In this document: in pieces, positions 12,567 to 24,411 of the stretch
Position numbering within the stretch: position 1 is the first letter of the stretch
Layout: each line of letters opens with the position of its first letter
Source: Vitrella brassicaformis CCMP3155
Lineage: Eukaryota; Protista; Chromerida
Assembly: GCA_001179505.1 (NCBI GenBank)
Contig: CDMY01000234.1
Span: forward strand, 95,361 to 159,360
Reading direction: 5' to 3'
DNA: 64,000 nt
The notes under the pieces: model-generated
Told to the model about the DNA's origin: nothing
The model's database searches: none
What the model saw: the letters and a program-made list of their open reading frames with translations, nothing else
Made by a program: the position numbers and the translations under genes

Positions 12567-13755
12567 CCAGCCACCCGCCACATCGCAGCGCTCAATGGTG
12601 CGCCAACCGTACCAAGATCGGCCAGCCGAGACGCTCGATCGACCACGCCACCGCAAGCCGTCAAAAAGGAATCTGGAGGCCGACGGAGCTGACGGCTCAG
12701 ATGACGATGATGCAGCAGCCATGGCAGCAGCGGCACACCAGCCAGCGCCGCAGCCCAAGAGCAAACCCAAGGGCAGACCGAAGGGCAGAGCGAGGGTGGC
12801 GGCCAGGCGGCGCCAGCAGCTGAAGGGGATGAGCTAGAGGAGGATCGCACCCTCGATGACGAGGAAACCATACAGGTACACACAAAAGGAGAACACAATC
12901 ACACAAATGCAAACAATGGATGGGCGCCTTTTTCTCATATAGGCCTTCTCACTTCAGGGTGTTCCGTTGGGCGAGAAGCTCAATTTGAGTGCCCTCATCT
13001 GACTTGGACCTCTCCATGCTGCCGGCCGCAGGTGGTGTGGGCTTGGACGACATCGCAGCTGAGATCGAGCAGGAGCGAGGTCTCCAGACCCGTTTGGCGA
13101 TGAGCGAATCAGCGGCCATCGCATTCGGCAAGAGTGGGGAGATGCCCAAGGAGCCGACTGCCGACAGTGAAGTCGAGGAGGCCGACACCAATGCCGCTGT
13201 TGATAAGGGTAGGTGGGAGCAGCACGAGCAACACATACCAGCACACGCCACGTTGCTCGTGCTGCTCCTTCCAGTTGTTGTTGGTGATGCGCAGGCCGCC
13301 ATGAGGGGGATGGCGGCCGTCGAGCGCTACGTGAGTGCCCACTGTTCGTTACGGCTGCAGAAAGCACTCGGACGACTGAAGAAAGGGATCAGAACAGAAG
13401 CACAACAGAAGGGAGACCTCAAGCGTGCTCAGTGACTGAGTTTGAGTGAGTGAGTCGTGCTGCCGTACCTCATCTAGGCAGATCTGTCGTTCATGGCTCT
13501 GCATCGTTGGTGCATGACTCTGTCCATCCATACATCTACTTTTTCGGTGAGATCGGCGCTAGTTTGCCTCACAGGAAGGCCACCATCTGCCGCTGGCATC
13601 CTCAAAAGTGACTGAAAGGCTCCAGAAATCACCCTCACGAGCGATCGGCGACCTTTTCCGTAAATCCATATCATCCATCGTTTTTCGTCGTTTCAGGGTC
13701 GTTTGAGCGGGGAAAAAAGAGTGAATGTGATGGAGGGTGGCTCTGGTGAGTCATT
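12567..13755. repeat. Copy A' of the ~1.2-kb duplicated unit
   Basis: Homologous to 10201-11381; homology ends at ggtgagtcatt in both copies. Confidence 0.9.
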
Positions 13756-13804
13756 CAGGGGCTCGTCGCATTTGCGAGCTTGACTGAGAATTTTTGTGGC
13801 GAGA

Positions 13805-15331
13805 ATGGCGGCGAGATGTCAGATCATAGCCGTCTCCGAGACAGATTTGTGAGAATAAGGGATATCAAACAGTTTCCGAGCCGGCTGCCCTCATTTCTCA
13901 CTGTTTGCCCCACATCTCCCTCGTTTCTTTTCATTTTTTGGCGGGAGTGGTCGCGCGCCACCCGCCCGAGGCCCACGCAGCCCACGCAGCCCACCCTGCT
14001 CCCCGTTTGCGAAGAGGACGAGTCCACCTGATCGGCCCTGACCCTCCCGTCAGACGCTGACATCACCCTGATGCGCATCTTGCATCCCATTTCCTCTTTC
14101 CGTCCCAGAGCCTCCCGGCGCAATGTAGTCGTCTGCCTGGCCTTCCCAAGGCACCCACTACTGCGTCCGCCGTCTGCAAGGTCCCCAAGTACAGCGCCGG
14201 GGCGACCGATGATGCAGACCCGTCGTCATTCTTCTGGGTCTTCGAGGCCAAGGCGCCGCACGGCGAAGGGTCGGACTTCAGACGGCGCCTTGCCAACGAC
14301 ACGCGAGCGCTGCTGGGCGAGGAGGTGCCCATCGAGTACATGTCGGAGGAGCAGGCTGAGGGAACACACCTGCCACGGCTGCCTAACCCGCCGGTCACGA
14401 ACCTTGACCGGACGCATCCATCCATCCATCCATCTATCTTTTGTGTGTGTGTCTGTGTGTATGTGTGTGCAGGAGGCACTTGCGGCTGGGGCTGCTGCTG
14501 CTGCTGATGGTGGTGGTGGTGATGATGACGATGGCAACGAGGATGAAGTCGAGGACGAGGAGGAGGTCAGCGGAGAGAGATGGGATAGGATAGGATGGGA
14601 TGGGATGGCACACATGCGCTCTTGCGTGCGTCGTGTGTGTCGATCTGTGTGTGAATGGGCGTGTGTGTATGGTGACAGGATAACGACGACAAATACGAGG
14701 ACGAGAAGGTCAGCCAGACACCTCACGCACCGAACCATGCACCCTTGACATCCCCCTCCCTCTCTGTGTGTTGAATGAGTGCAGGCGGTCAAGGCCAAGT
14801 CGAAAGCCAAGCGAGCGGCCAAGCGCACCGATGACCCAGGTAACTGCCGACTCAGAAAGAACTGATGCTTGCAGCAATGAGAGACATGCACACGTGTGTG
14901 TGTGTTTGTGTGAAAGAGTGGAAGCCCAAATGCCTTCGCGAACAAGCCAAGGGCCTCCCCAAGCACTTCACAGCCAGAATATTTCATTTTGTATTTTGTT
15001 AGACTGCTTTGCAGCTATCTATGGGTATTGTCCATGTGTGTTCGCAGTACCAGAGTGACGTCCGGGGCGTCTCTTACAAGAAAAGAGACCACTCCTGGAT
15101 CGCGACCTGGTACGAGTGGGGCCGGCCAAAGTGCGCCAGGTTCTGGGTGGGGGGCATCACCCAGACAGACAGACAGACAGAGAGATGGGTGTCGTGTGAT
15201 GCGGATGAGTCCACGCAAGACACACCTCCATGTGCAGAGTCGGAGAGACACGCAGGGCGCCCCTCACCCTGTGCGGCAGCGGCAGCGGCAGGCGAGGAGA
15301 CCATGGGAGAGGCAGACCAATCAAACGGACA
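13805..15331 (+). pseudogene. 5'-truncated AAA+-like/linker/AP2 family gene; AP2 domain interrupted after the beta strands
   Basis: Spliced MAARCQIIAVSETDF|RLPGLPK...VPKYSAG..., acidic exons, then EWKPKCLREQAK and AP2 exon from 15048 YQSDVRGVSYKKRDHSWIATWYEWGRPKCARFWVGG. The C-terminal AP2 helix is missing, and a TGA lies in frame just upstream of the ATG. Confidence 0.65.
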
Positions 15332-15863
15332 GGTGGACTTGACTGACACACGACGCCGATAGGTCACATCGCACAATCATGTTGTGCCTTGTGTCTCGTG
15401 TCGTGTGTGTTTTGTGTGGTTAGGATGAGTCGGTTAAGGACGGTGACGAGGGCATGGGTGTGGTCAAGGCCAACACACACCATCAGACAGACACGCACCC
15501 TCCCTCTCCGTCCCTCTTTCCGTGCCCACCAACACCAACCTGCCCGCTCAGTATATTGAGCTGGCCTCGGTGCAAGCCCCAGTCGCGCAGGAGGAAGCGA
15601 CGAGGGGAGAAGGGCCTCTGGGGATGGCTGCGGCTCCTTGTGGTGCTGGGCGATTGAGACTTCCCCCAGCGGCAGCAGCAGCAGCAGCAGCAGCAAGAGC
15701 TCGATGTCCTCAAAGTCCGTTCTTGAGAACACGAATGAGAACAGTAAGACATGTCTGTCCACACAGATGTCGACACTCACGAATGGGAACACAGCGAGAA
15801 ACGTGTGTTTTCACCTCTTTTTGCGCATCTGTCTGTCCGCGTGTGTGTTGATTCTACGATCAG

Positions 15864-17392
15864 AGGTCTAAGGCCCACCTGGTGGACAAGCTAGAGCGCG
15901 AGCTGCGCATCCTCAGCAACCAGGTCAGGTTCGTCCTCGCCGTCGTCAACGAAGAACTCGAAATCCGCAACCGGTCGGTGGGTCCTCATCCACCACACAC
16001 ACACACGGACGGGCTCACCTGCACATGGGTTGATGTAATGTGTGTGTGTGTGTGTGTTTGTCGGTTATCAGGAAGCGTCAGTTGCTGTTGGACGAGCTGC
16101 ACAACTTGGGGTTCGACGCCATGAGTGCCATCCTGGAGGGGGCCCACAAGGGGCCCGAGGGCGACGTCCCTGACCCCGACCAAGTAGACAAGGAGGTCGG
16201 TGCACCACCCACCCTCCCACACACACCAACCACACACAAAGCCAGACAGGCAGCTGTGTGTGTCATTGTGCTTGTGCTTGTGATTGTGTGTGTTGTGTGC
16301 TTAGGATGAGTCGGTTGAGGACGGTGACGAGGGCATGGGTGTGGTCAAGGACAAGGACTACGGCTACCTCCTCGGCATGGCCATGTGGAACCTTACACAG
16401 GAAAAGGCAAGCCACGCCATCCACACAACCACACACACACACCATTAGACAGACGCCCAGTCTCTCTCTCCGTCTCTCGCTCCGTGTCTGTGTGTGTGTG
16501 TGAGTAGTCAGAGGAGTTGCGCAAGCAGAAGGGCTACAAGGAGACCGAGCTCGACACGCTCAGGAAGACCACCGAGCACCAGCTGTGGGAGAAGGACCTC
16601 GACGCCCTCGATGAACAGGTAAGGTACCCCCTCCCTCCCTCCCTCCCTCCCTCCCTCCCCCACACACATACATGTGTGTGTGTGTGTCTGTGTGTGTGGT
16701 GTGTGGTTGTCAGGATCGCATTGACGAGGACGATCCCGCAGCCGAGTTGAACGGGAAGAAGGGCAAGCGCAAGAAGGTCATGTTCTCACGGCCCAAGGGC
16801 AAGGCCGCCAAGAGACGCTTCCCCGCCGCCAACAAAGCCAGGGCCAAAGCCGCCAGAGCCAAGAAGAACAAGGTCGATGGCGTAAGCAAGCCCGTACACC
16901 CATGCATATCCTCCCACGCACACATACACACATGGATGCATATGTGCAGACATTTATATTCTGTCTGTCTGCTTTTCTGTGCGCGTGTGTGTCTGTGTGT
17001 CTCAGTTCACGGATTTCAGCGACAGCGACGAAGAAAACCAGCTACTCTGTAGTCGCCTCCCTGACCCTCTGGCCAATGTCAGCTTCCAATCCATCCATCC
17101 ATCCATCTATCCTCTGTGTGTGTGTGTGTGTGTGTGCGTGTGTGTTCGACAGGGGCAGGATGGCGGCAAGGACAAGGAGAAGGAGTCGAGTGAGGAGAGA
17201 GACGCCCACATGAAGCTCGTCGACGCCGACGACGACCATGACGACGACCATGACGATGACATGGGGCAGGGGGCTGGTGCTGCTGCTGGTGGCGGCAAGG
17301 CGGCAAAGGCCAAGGCCAAGGCCAACGACAAGAAGGAGCAGCACAAGAAGGACAAGCGCGAGTCTCTCCTCGACGACAAACTAGTACACACA
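15864..17392 (+). pseudogene. TOP2: DNA topoisomerase II (type IIA) C-gate/C-terminal fragment
   Basis: Exons 15864-15973 RSKAHLVDKLERELRILSNQVRFVLAVVNEELEIRNR, 16072-16195 KRQLLLDELHNLGFD..., 16305-16406 ...DYGYLLGMAMWNLTQEK (GC donor), 16508-16618 EELRKQK..ELDTLRKTTEHQLWEKDLDALDEQ. ATPase, TOPRIM and catalytic Tyr regions are absent from the window. Confidence 0.85.
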
Positions 17393-17469
17393 CAACACAC
17401 ACACAGTCCACACACAAAGTGCAGGTGTGCCTCCCTCTCTCTCTCTCTCTCTCTGCGTGTGTGTGTGGT

Positions 17470-18180
17470 CAGTTCGCTGACGATGACGATGAGGATGTCG
17501 ACGAGGACCAAGACGGGGACGAGGAGAGTGAGGAGGTCAGAAAATAGAAAGAAAGAAAGAAAGAAAGAAAGAGAGATGAGATGCCACATACATGCGCTCT
17601 TGCAGGCATCGTGTGTGCTGATGCATGTACATGTGACATCTCATTTCCTCTTTCCGTCCCTCCCGGTGCAGCCGGCTAAGGACGATGATCAGAAAGGTAT
17701 GCGCCCATCGATGCTTGCAGCAATGAGAGACATGCACATGTTTGTATGTGTGTGTTTGTGTGAAAGAGTGGACGCCAACATGCCGGCGCCGACAAGCCAA
17801 GGGCATCCCCGAGTTGCAAACGGGGACGTTGGTACATCTGATGCTCGAAAAGAGCGTCTGGTAAGTGCAGGAAGGGCGAGGAGAGAGGGAGACGGAAAAG
17901 GGTTCACCCTCATCGCATCGATGTGTGTCTCGCCCCTGCAGGTTCGTGATTGTCACGAATGTGGGCCAGTTGCCTGTCGGATTGCTGGCTGACCTCACCC
18001 ACGACCCTCGCTCCAAAATTGCGGTCATTGGTACAGATGCGTAGCAGAAAGATCGATCGGGCGCTGCCTCTTTTTGCCACTGTACTCGCTGTCTCTTGCA
18101 ACAACGAGGAGCGACTACGAGGAGGACCAGCAGCAGAAGAAGAAGAAGGCCAAGGAGAAGAGAGAAGACAATGCGGGCCG
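17470..18180 (+). pseudogene. Chimeric fragment: family linker exons fused to an inverted partial copy of the 22.2-22.5 kb AAA+-like exons
   Basis: FADDDDEDVDEDQDGDEESEE|PAKDDDQK|EWTPTCRRRQAKGIP-ELQTGTLVHLMLEKSVW|FVIVTNVGQLPVGLLADLTHDPRSKIAVIG. About 17810-18095 is the reverse complement of about 22175-22465, including an intron. Confidence 0.8.
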
Positions 18181-18823
18181 TTCTTTTGTTGTGTGTCAGA
18201 TCGGCTGCTCATCGCTGCCTGCATTTTATATCCTGATGTCTCATCCGCTCGCTGACCGTCTCGTATGTGTGTCGTTCGTGCCGTATTGGCCTGTTTGATT
18301 ATTCGAACCTTTTACGTCCGTGATCTGCATGGCACGTGGTTGGTTGGTTATTGTGTTTAATGAGACTCGTGTCTGTAACCCCGGAGGGGATCCTGTCCAT
18401 TTCACGCACTAAAATAGCAACATCCTCATGGATAGAAGCATGCACACGGTTTATCTACCCATCCCACCCACCCACCCACCCACTCGACATGCACGTGCCA
18501 CCCTATGACGGTCAGAAGACAGCCAGACATATGCATCACGCACAGAGGCTACTTTCATATACCAATTCGTCGTCTGCCCCTGAATTCAATCCTCCTGGTT
18601 CACACGAAGCGGGACACCCCGCCCTGACTCTCGGACGCGATCGGGGAGATCATTCACTGGATCTTCATCAAGATGATGAGTCACGTCATGCAGATCTTGC
18701 TCGGATGCGACGAATTGAGTCCTGTGATGGCTTCTCTGGACGGCAACGAGTGCAAGCGCAAGAAGGTCGGCTTCGTGCCGCCTAGAGGGGCCAATTGAAA
18801 GCCTCCTAGGATGTCCATCTGCG

Positions 18824-18863
<40 letters not shown>

Positions 18864-20448
18864 TGGAGTAATGGAGACACCACCTTTGGTTGACACCTTA
18901 GCCTGCTTGGAGAAGATGGATGCAATCAAGCGCACAGCTGAATGCCAAGTGTCAATGTCTCATGCACCACTTCCGTCCATCCATCCATCCATCGATCTAT
19001 CCGTCGGTCCATCGATCACCACACCCGTCCATCTACCCACCGCTGCACTCAAACTAACGACCCCAGCCAGCCAGCCCGCCTCTCTGTGATCTTCGTCTTT
19101 CTTCCTTTCTCGTGGTGCGGACCACCAGACAGCCAGCCAGACAGCCGCACAGACGCAACCGATCTTCTCTACTCTGCAAGTAGGTCAAATGCAAGGCACG
19201 CACCAGGCAGCCACGCAGTCAGTTTGGACACACAGACACACTCTTCCTAAGAGTGTCCACCGAGAGGAAGTGTCTCAAGCCCACCACAGGCACAGAGACA
19301 CCCGCGAAAGTGCGCGATGGGCCAGCAGCAGACAATGGCAGCCAGCCAGCCAGCCAGCCAGGTGAAAGACATAAACACTGATAGACTAGATGAGTGTGTG
19401 TGTTTTTGTGTATGTACGCCCGGTGCCGAACTCAGACCCCATCGCCTCTCGTCACACGCGGGCTCTCTGGACCTCTGCGACGTACCAGAGACATTCCCGC
19501 TCGCAAGTGTGCGCTTCGAGAGGAAAGGCCCCAAGCCCACCACAGAGGGAGAGAGACACCCGCAAAAATGCGCGAGGGGCCAGCGGCAGACAAATCCAAT
19601 TGTGGTATGTCGTATGTGATGGTGGGAAAAAAACTACGAGCGGAGTGATAGCGAGCGAGAAGGGGGGACGGGTGAACGGACATGGACACACTACTGACAG
19701 ACAGACAGACAGACAGACACGATTAGAAAATATATCGCGCGGGTGCACCGTTGTGCGCATCTCTCTCTTCATTCCTCCCAGCGACCGACACACAGACAGA
19801 CAGGGAGGTGATGATGATGGCATGGTGGTACGAGAAATGTGTGACGTGTGTCTGTGTGCAGGCAGGCAGGTAGGCAGGCAGGCAGGTAGGTAGGCAGGCA
19901 GGCAGCGTAGCAGCAGCCTATCCACCCATGCACTCCTCCTCCATCCATTCCACCCACCCAGCCGTGACGCAAAAGACCTGACTACCACGTTTGCCTCTTC
20001 ACCACTGAGTGCACACGCATTCGTGTTAGTTAGTTATGTGCCGTGGAAGTGGTTGCTTGATTGACTGACTGGTGGTGGGGAAACAAGGAAGCGCTTGTGT
20101 GTGTGTGTGTGTGTGTGTGCGATGAATGTGTGGGCAAAAGGCGTGTTGGGACACAGACAGAACACACAGCACAATCAGCCAGACGTGTCCACAGTGACAC
20201 CCCCAGACAGGCAGACAGACAGACAGTCGGGCAGTCGGTCGGTTGGCACCACATGCCGTCACCACGGGGAATGGTGGACAGGGGTGGCGGGCAGGCAGGA
20301 AGGCCGACTCTCTCCCTTGACCATCTATCCATCCGTCTGTTCAGCACAAGACACCGTAGGCAGCCAGGCAGGCAGGCAGGCAGACAGTCAGCAGATACAG
20401 GCCTCTCTCTCGTCGTAACCCTCACTCACCGTCCAGCCGTCCGTGAAC

Positions 20449-20811
20449 TCATCGAGAGTGCTTCTGTCGGTGTGCGATGGCGCTCGCCTATTATCATGCA
20501 AAGAGAAGAGGCACGCAAATTGAAGAGGCCGGCTGGCGTCTCTATCACGTGGGCTGTGTTGTTGGCAAACTGACCTTTGCCCGGGCGAACCCAAGTGCCT
20601 TGATCGAGAAAAGCTTGTACCTGCGCCGGCCGCTCTCGTACCAGGTGGCCATCCAGCCATGATCTTTCTCCTTGTAGGTGACTCCACGAACGTTGCTCTG
20701 ATACTGCGAGCACACACACACAGATGGCTGCGAGGCAGTCTAACAAAATACAAGATGAAATACCTTCACCTTCTTGGCCTGCGTGCATGTGTGTGTAGGG
20801 GTCCAGTCTCC

Positions 20812-20846
<35 letters not shown>

Positions 20847-23059
20847 TGTGTGTGCATGTCTGTCATTGCTGCATGAGTAGGCACATACCGTCCTCGTCCT
20901 CGTCATCGCTGTTTTTGTGTGTGCGCTTGGCCGCCTGCACTCATTCGACACACAGGGAGGGAGTGAAGGAGTGGGCTGTCACATGTGCATCGCTGGTCTG
21001 TGAGATGTGGCTGACCTTAGGTTTCGGTTCGTAGTTCTCGTCGTCATCCTGCCACTATACACACACATCAACACACAAGATACATGCAAGAGCGCATGTC
21101 GCATCCCATCCCATCTGTCTGTCTGTCTGTCTCTGTCTCTCTCTGGCTGACTGACCTCCTCCGTCTCCCCATCTGCGTCTTCATCCTCGTCTTCGTCGTC
21201 GTCTTCATCCTCGTCGTCCTCGTCGTTTTCGTCGTCCTCGTCGGGGTACTGACAACACACACACATCACACCCCCCAGGAAAGAGGGAGACAGCGAGGCA
21301 CACATGCACTGTGTGCCTTCTCTGTGTGTGGTAAATGGTGTGAATGGTGTGAATGTGTGTGTACCAGGTCATCTTGGACGAGCGATTTGGCCTTGGTCTT
21401 TCCCTTGGCAGCCGCCGCCGCCGCCGCCGCTCCGAGCTCCTCATCTGACATACGTGTGCACATGTGTGCTCATTTATCAGCTCTCCGAGCTGGCACGTAC
21501 CTGTGGCGGTCCACCTGATGCACCTCGCCTGCTGGCCGGCCCCTGTCACTGTAGTTATCTCATAGCGACCTCCACTGTCGCAGTCGCTCTCACGCACGGC
21601 GTCCAAGAGCTTCTTCAGCTCAGCAGCTTCGTCCGGCTTGAAGTTCTGATGGTTTTGGTGGTGTGGGGGGGCCAGGACCTGTCGTTGGTGAGGGGAGCAG
21701 CGGGGCCGAGTCTGATCTGCGGGTGGCGGCTGAACACACTGACACACACGCCCACAGAGAGAGAGAAAGAGAGAGAGCGACGAGTGCGTGAGAGGGTGTG
21801 TGTGTGTGTGTGCGTCTGCGTCTGCGTGTGTGTGTACTGACCTCCTGTGGTTTGCCCCTGATGTCATTGCCCAGGGAGGACATCTCGAGGTCGGCCACCT
21901 TGGCTCCGCGGCCGGCGGGTGTGACAGTGTTGTTCTCCTGTCGGGCCCCGGGAGGGCCGGTGATTTTCTTGTTTGTGAGTTGCTTGGTCTCGTCCAGGTG
22001 GAAAATCTTATACTTGGGCGTGGCATTGGGATCTGAGGCATAGCAAGAGAAACACAGGCCGGCATATGACAGCTTTTTGCAATGAGTCGCTCAGTGGATA
22101 CTATACCATCAGAGGCGCTGCTGCTGCAGCTGAGTGAATGTGATCCATTGGTGTCCAGGCCTGCAAAAGACAGCGAGTACAGTGGCAAAAAGAGGCAGCG
22201 CCCGATCGATCTTTCTGCTACGCATCTGTACCAATGACTGCAATTTTGGAGCGAGGGTCGTGGGTGAGGTCAGCCAGCAATCCGAGAGGCAACTGGCCCG
22301 CATTCGTGACAATCACGAACCTGCAGGGGCGAGACACACATCGATGCGATGAGGGTGAACCCTTTCCCGTCTCCCTCTCTCCTCGCCCTTCCTGCACTTG
22401 CCAGATGCCCTCCTTCTTTTCGAACTTTTCCAGCATCAGATCTAGCAACGCCCCCGTGTGCAGCTCTCCGCCGACGGTAGCGTGATGAAACATAAGCTGC
22501 ACCTCATTACTGCCCCCCCAAATGGCCTCGCAGATGTCCCGCAGCACATTGGCCGCACCACACACACCGTCGACAGGCCGTACTCGTGGCTGGAAGGGCT
22601 GCGTGGCTCTGTCGAACGTGGCGATGTGTGTGTTGATGGTCTTCTCGACGAGACGCTCCACTGCGATGGCGTCTTGGGGGGTGGAACGGACGACAACAAG
22701 GTCTCCACAGTTCACACGGGAGCACCTGCGACGCACACAGGCAAAGGCAGGCCTCATTTTGGGGGCGACTGAGAGAATGCACATGCCACGCAACCACCAC
22801 TGAAGAGAGCGTCCACAGTGTCATGCATCGTGGAACGCGTGACACCCATGAGACGGTAGGCACCCCCGAGGCACAATAGAGCCGCTCAATGCGCATGAGG
22901 TTGCGGGAGTGTGCGGAGGAAGAAGTGGTGCATTTCCCGTGGGGCTCACCGTTCTATGATGGCTCGAAGGTCTTCCATGACGTCTGTCGGGTGGGGAAGA
23001 CTCCGAACTTCTCCCCCCTTCCCGCACTTCTTAGCTCGCACGATCGGCAGCCTCCCCAT
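20449..23059 (-). CDS. Intact 13-exon gene: degenerate Cdc6/Orc1-like AAA+ region + acidic/basic linker + C-terminal ApiAP2 DNA-binding domain
   Basis: All 12 junctions were checked and keep frame (one GC donor). N-term ...MEDLRAIIER|CSRVNCGDLVVVRST...IW|FVIVTNAGQLPLGLLADLTHDPRSKIAVIG|LDT...; C-term YQSNVRGVTYKEKDHGWMATWYESGRRRYKLFSIKALGFARAK|ASAIAHRQKHSR*. The AP2 call is strong; the AAA+ call is inference. Confidence 0.82.
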
Positions 23060-23171
23060 CTGAAGGATATGATGTCGCTGGATCTTCATCAAGGTGATGA
23101 ATCACGTCATGCAAATCTTGCACGGATGCGACTAATTGAGTCCTTTTCTTCTCGCAGGTGAGATGTGAACG

Positions 23172-24411
23172 ATGGGCAATACCCTCGCTGCATTCGCGCC
23201 AACTCAGCCACTCCCTCATCATCGCCCTCCCTTCGTCAGACCTCTCGTTCAGCCTCTCGCCCGACGGAGGCCCGTGCGGCGCACCGACGCTCCCATCGCA
23301 TGTGCAGCCTCTCTGGAAGAGCATGAGTGGCGGAGATCTGCCCGGCGCCACCGAAGGGACGTGCTGGGACTGCTAGGGATGGAGAACGAAGGCGACGAGG
23401 TGTCTGTGAAGCTGCACCACGACCCAGCCCATCCCATCTTCAACTTCATTCTGGAGTATTACGGCTTCAACCACGCTGATCTGCATCGCTACTCGCCTGG
23501 CTCGTGCATCTTCCTCCAGGGCGCTCTGGCGGACGATCCCAGGCTGCACAGAAAAGCATTCGTGGCGGCCGAGGGCGGCGGGTTCTTCGACCCTGGCCTC
23601 ATCCCAGAGAAGCGCTTGGCGTGGTTCAAGTGGATTGCGGAGCTGCTGCGGGTGACAATGGACCGTGAGCCGTCATTCAAGTGCTTTGGTTGGAGGACAC
23701 AAGGCGTGGATGAGAGGGGGAAGGCATGGTTGGGTGTCTGTCTGCTTGTGCGCAGGTCTTCACGAGTGGGCGATGCTGTATCGCCCGGCTGCAGATGAGG
23801 ACGCGCCTGTCAGCCGGTTCCAACAACTGCGACTGCGACTCAGCCAACAAGAGCTCAACATGGTAGGTGCTAAAGTGACCCGCCCCAACACAACACAACA
23901 CAACACAGACATCACAATGCCGATGTGTCCATGCTCTGTGTGGGCGCAGGTCGTTGAGGCCGGCCTGCTTTCGTGCACTCACTATGACGCCTCGCGCCAC
24001 TTCCCACACTCCGCCCTCCCCCTCAACGCCATCCAGCCGCCGCCATCCAAGTCAAGACGGCTCAATTTGGAACAACCTGGGTGCGTCCACACCAACATGG
24101 ACCTCTTCAAGTGGGCCGTCAAGGCCGTCCCATTCATCCCCAGCGACATCGTCCGGGAGGCCCTCAGCATTGCCATCGAGGCGCGGGTCCTGGACATGCG
24201 TGCGAGTCCGTATGACCTGACCAAGGTGTCTCTGCAAAGGGGCTCGGCGGACTTTGATGCATCGCCTGTGAGGGTGGAGACGGCTGGAGGGCGGGAAGAC
24301 TATCAGCTGATGCAGTGGGCGATACATCGGAGGGCGAAGCCTCTTCGCGAGCGGCTGCTACACCATTACGAGAAGATGCTGACCGACGCTGCTGGGCGGA
24401 GGAGGCCGTGA
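23172..24411 (+). CDS. Conserved uncharacterised protein of a mostly bacterial family (often labelled 3-methyladenine DNA glycosylase in actinobacteria)
   Basis: Motifs HPIFNFILEYY, FKCFG|LHEWAMLYR, CTHYDASRHF, EQPGCVHTNMDLFKWA, ARVLDMRASPYDL, ETAGGREDY. Two introns. Confidence 0.8.

Noticed and set aside
18657-18722. C/D snoRNA (RTGATGA present)
   Set aside because: No box D (CTGA) or terminal stem at a suitable distance in either copy.
13766-18810. Helitron boundaries (5' TC; hairpin plus CTAG near 18770-18810)
   Set aside because: The 5' point falls inside an ancestral exon, the hairpin is weak, there is no A|T target and no matching 3' end for the second copy. Not supportable.
22860-22896. 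LYCASGVP as an Orc1-like Walker A remnant
   Set aside because: It lies inside intron 1 of the spliced model (22949-22726) and in a different frame; coincidence.
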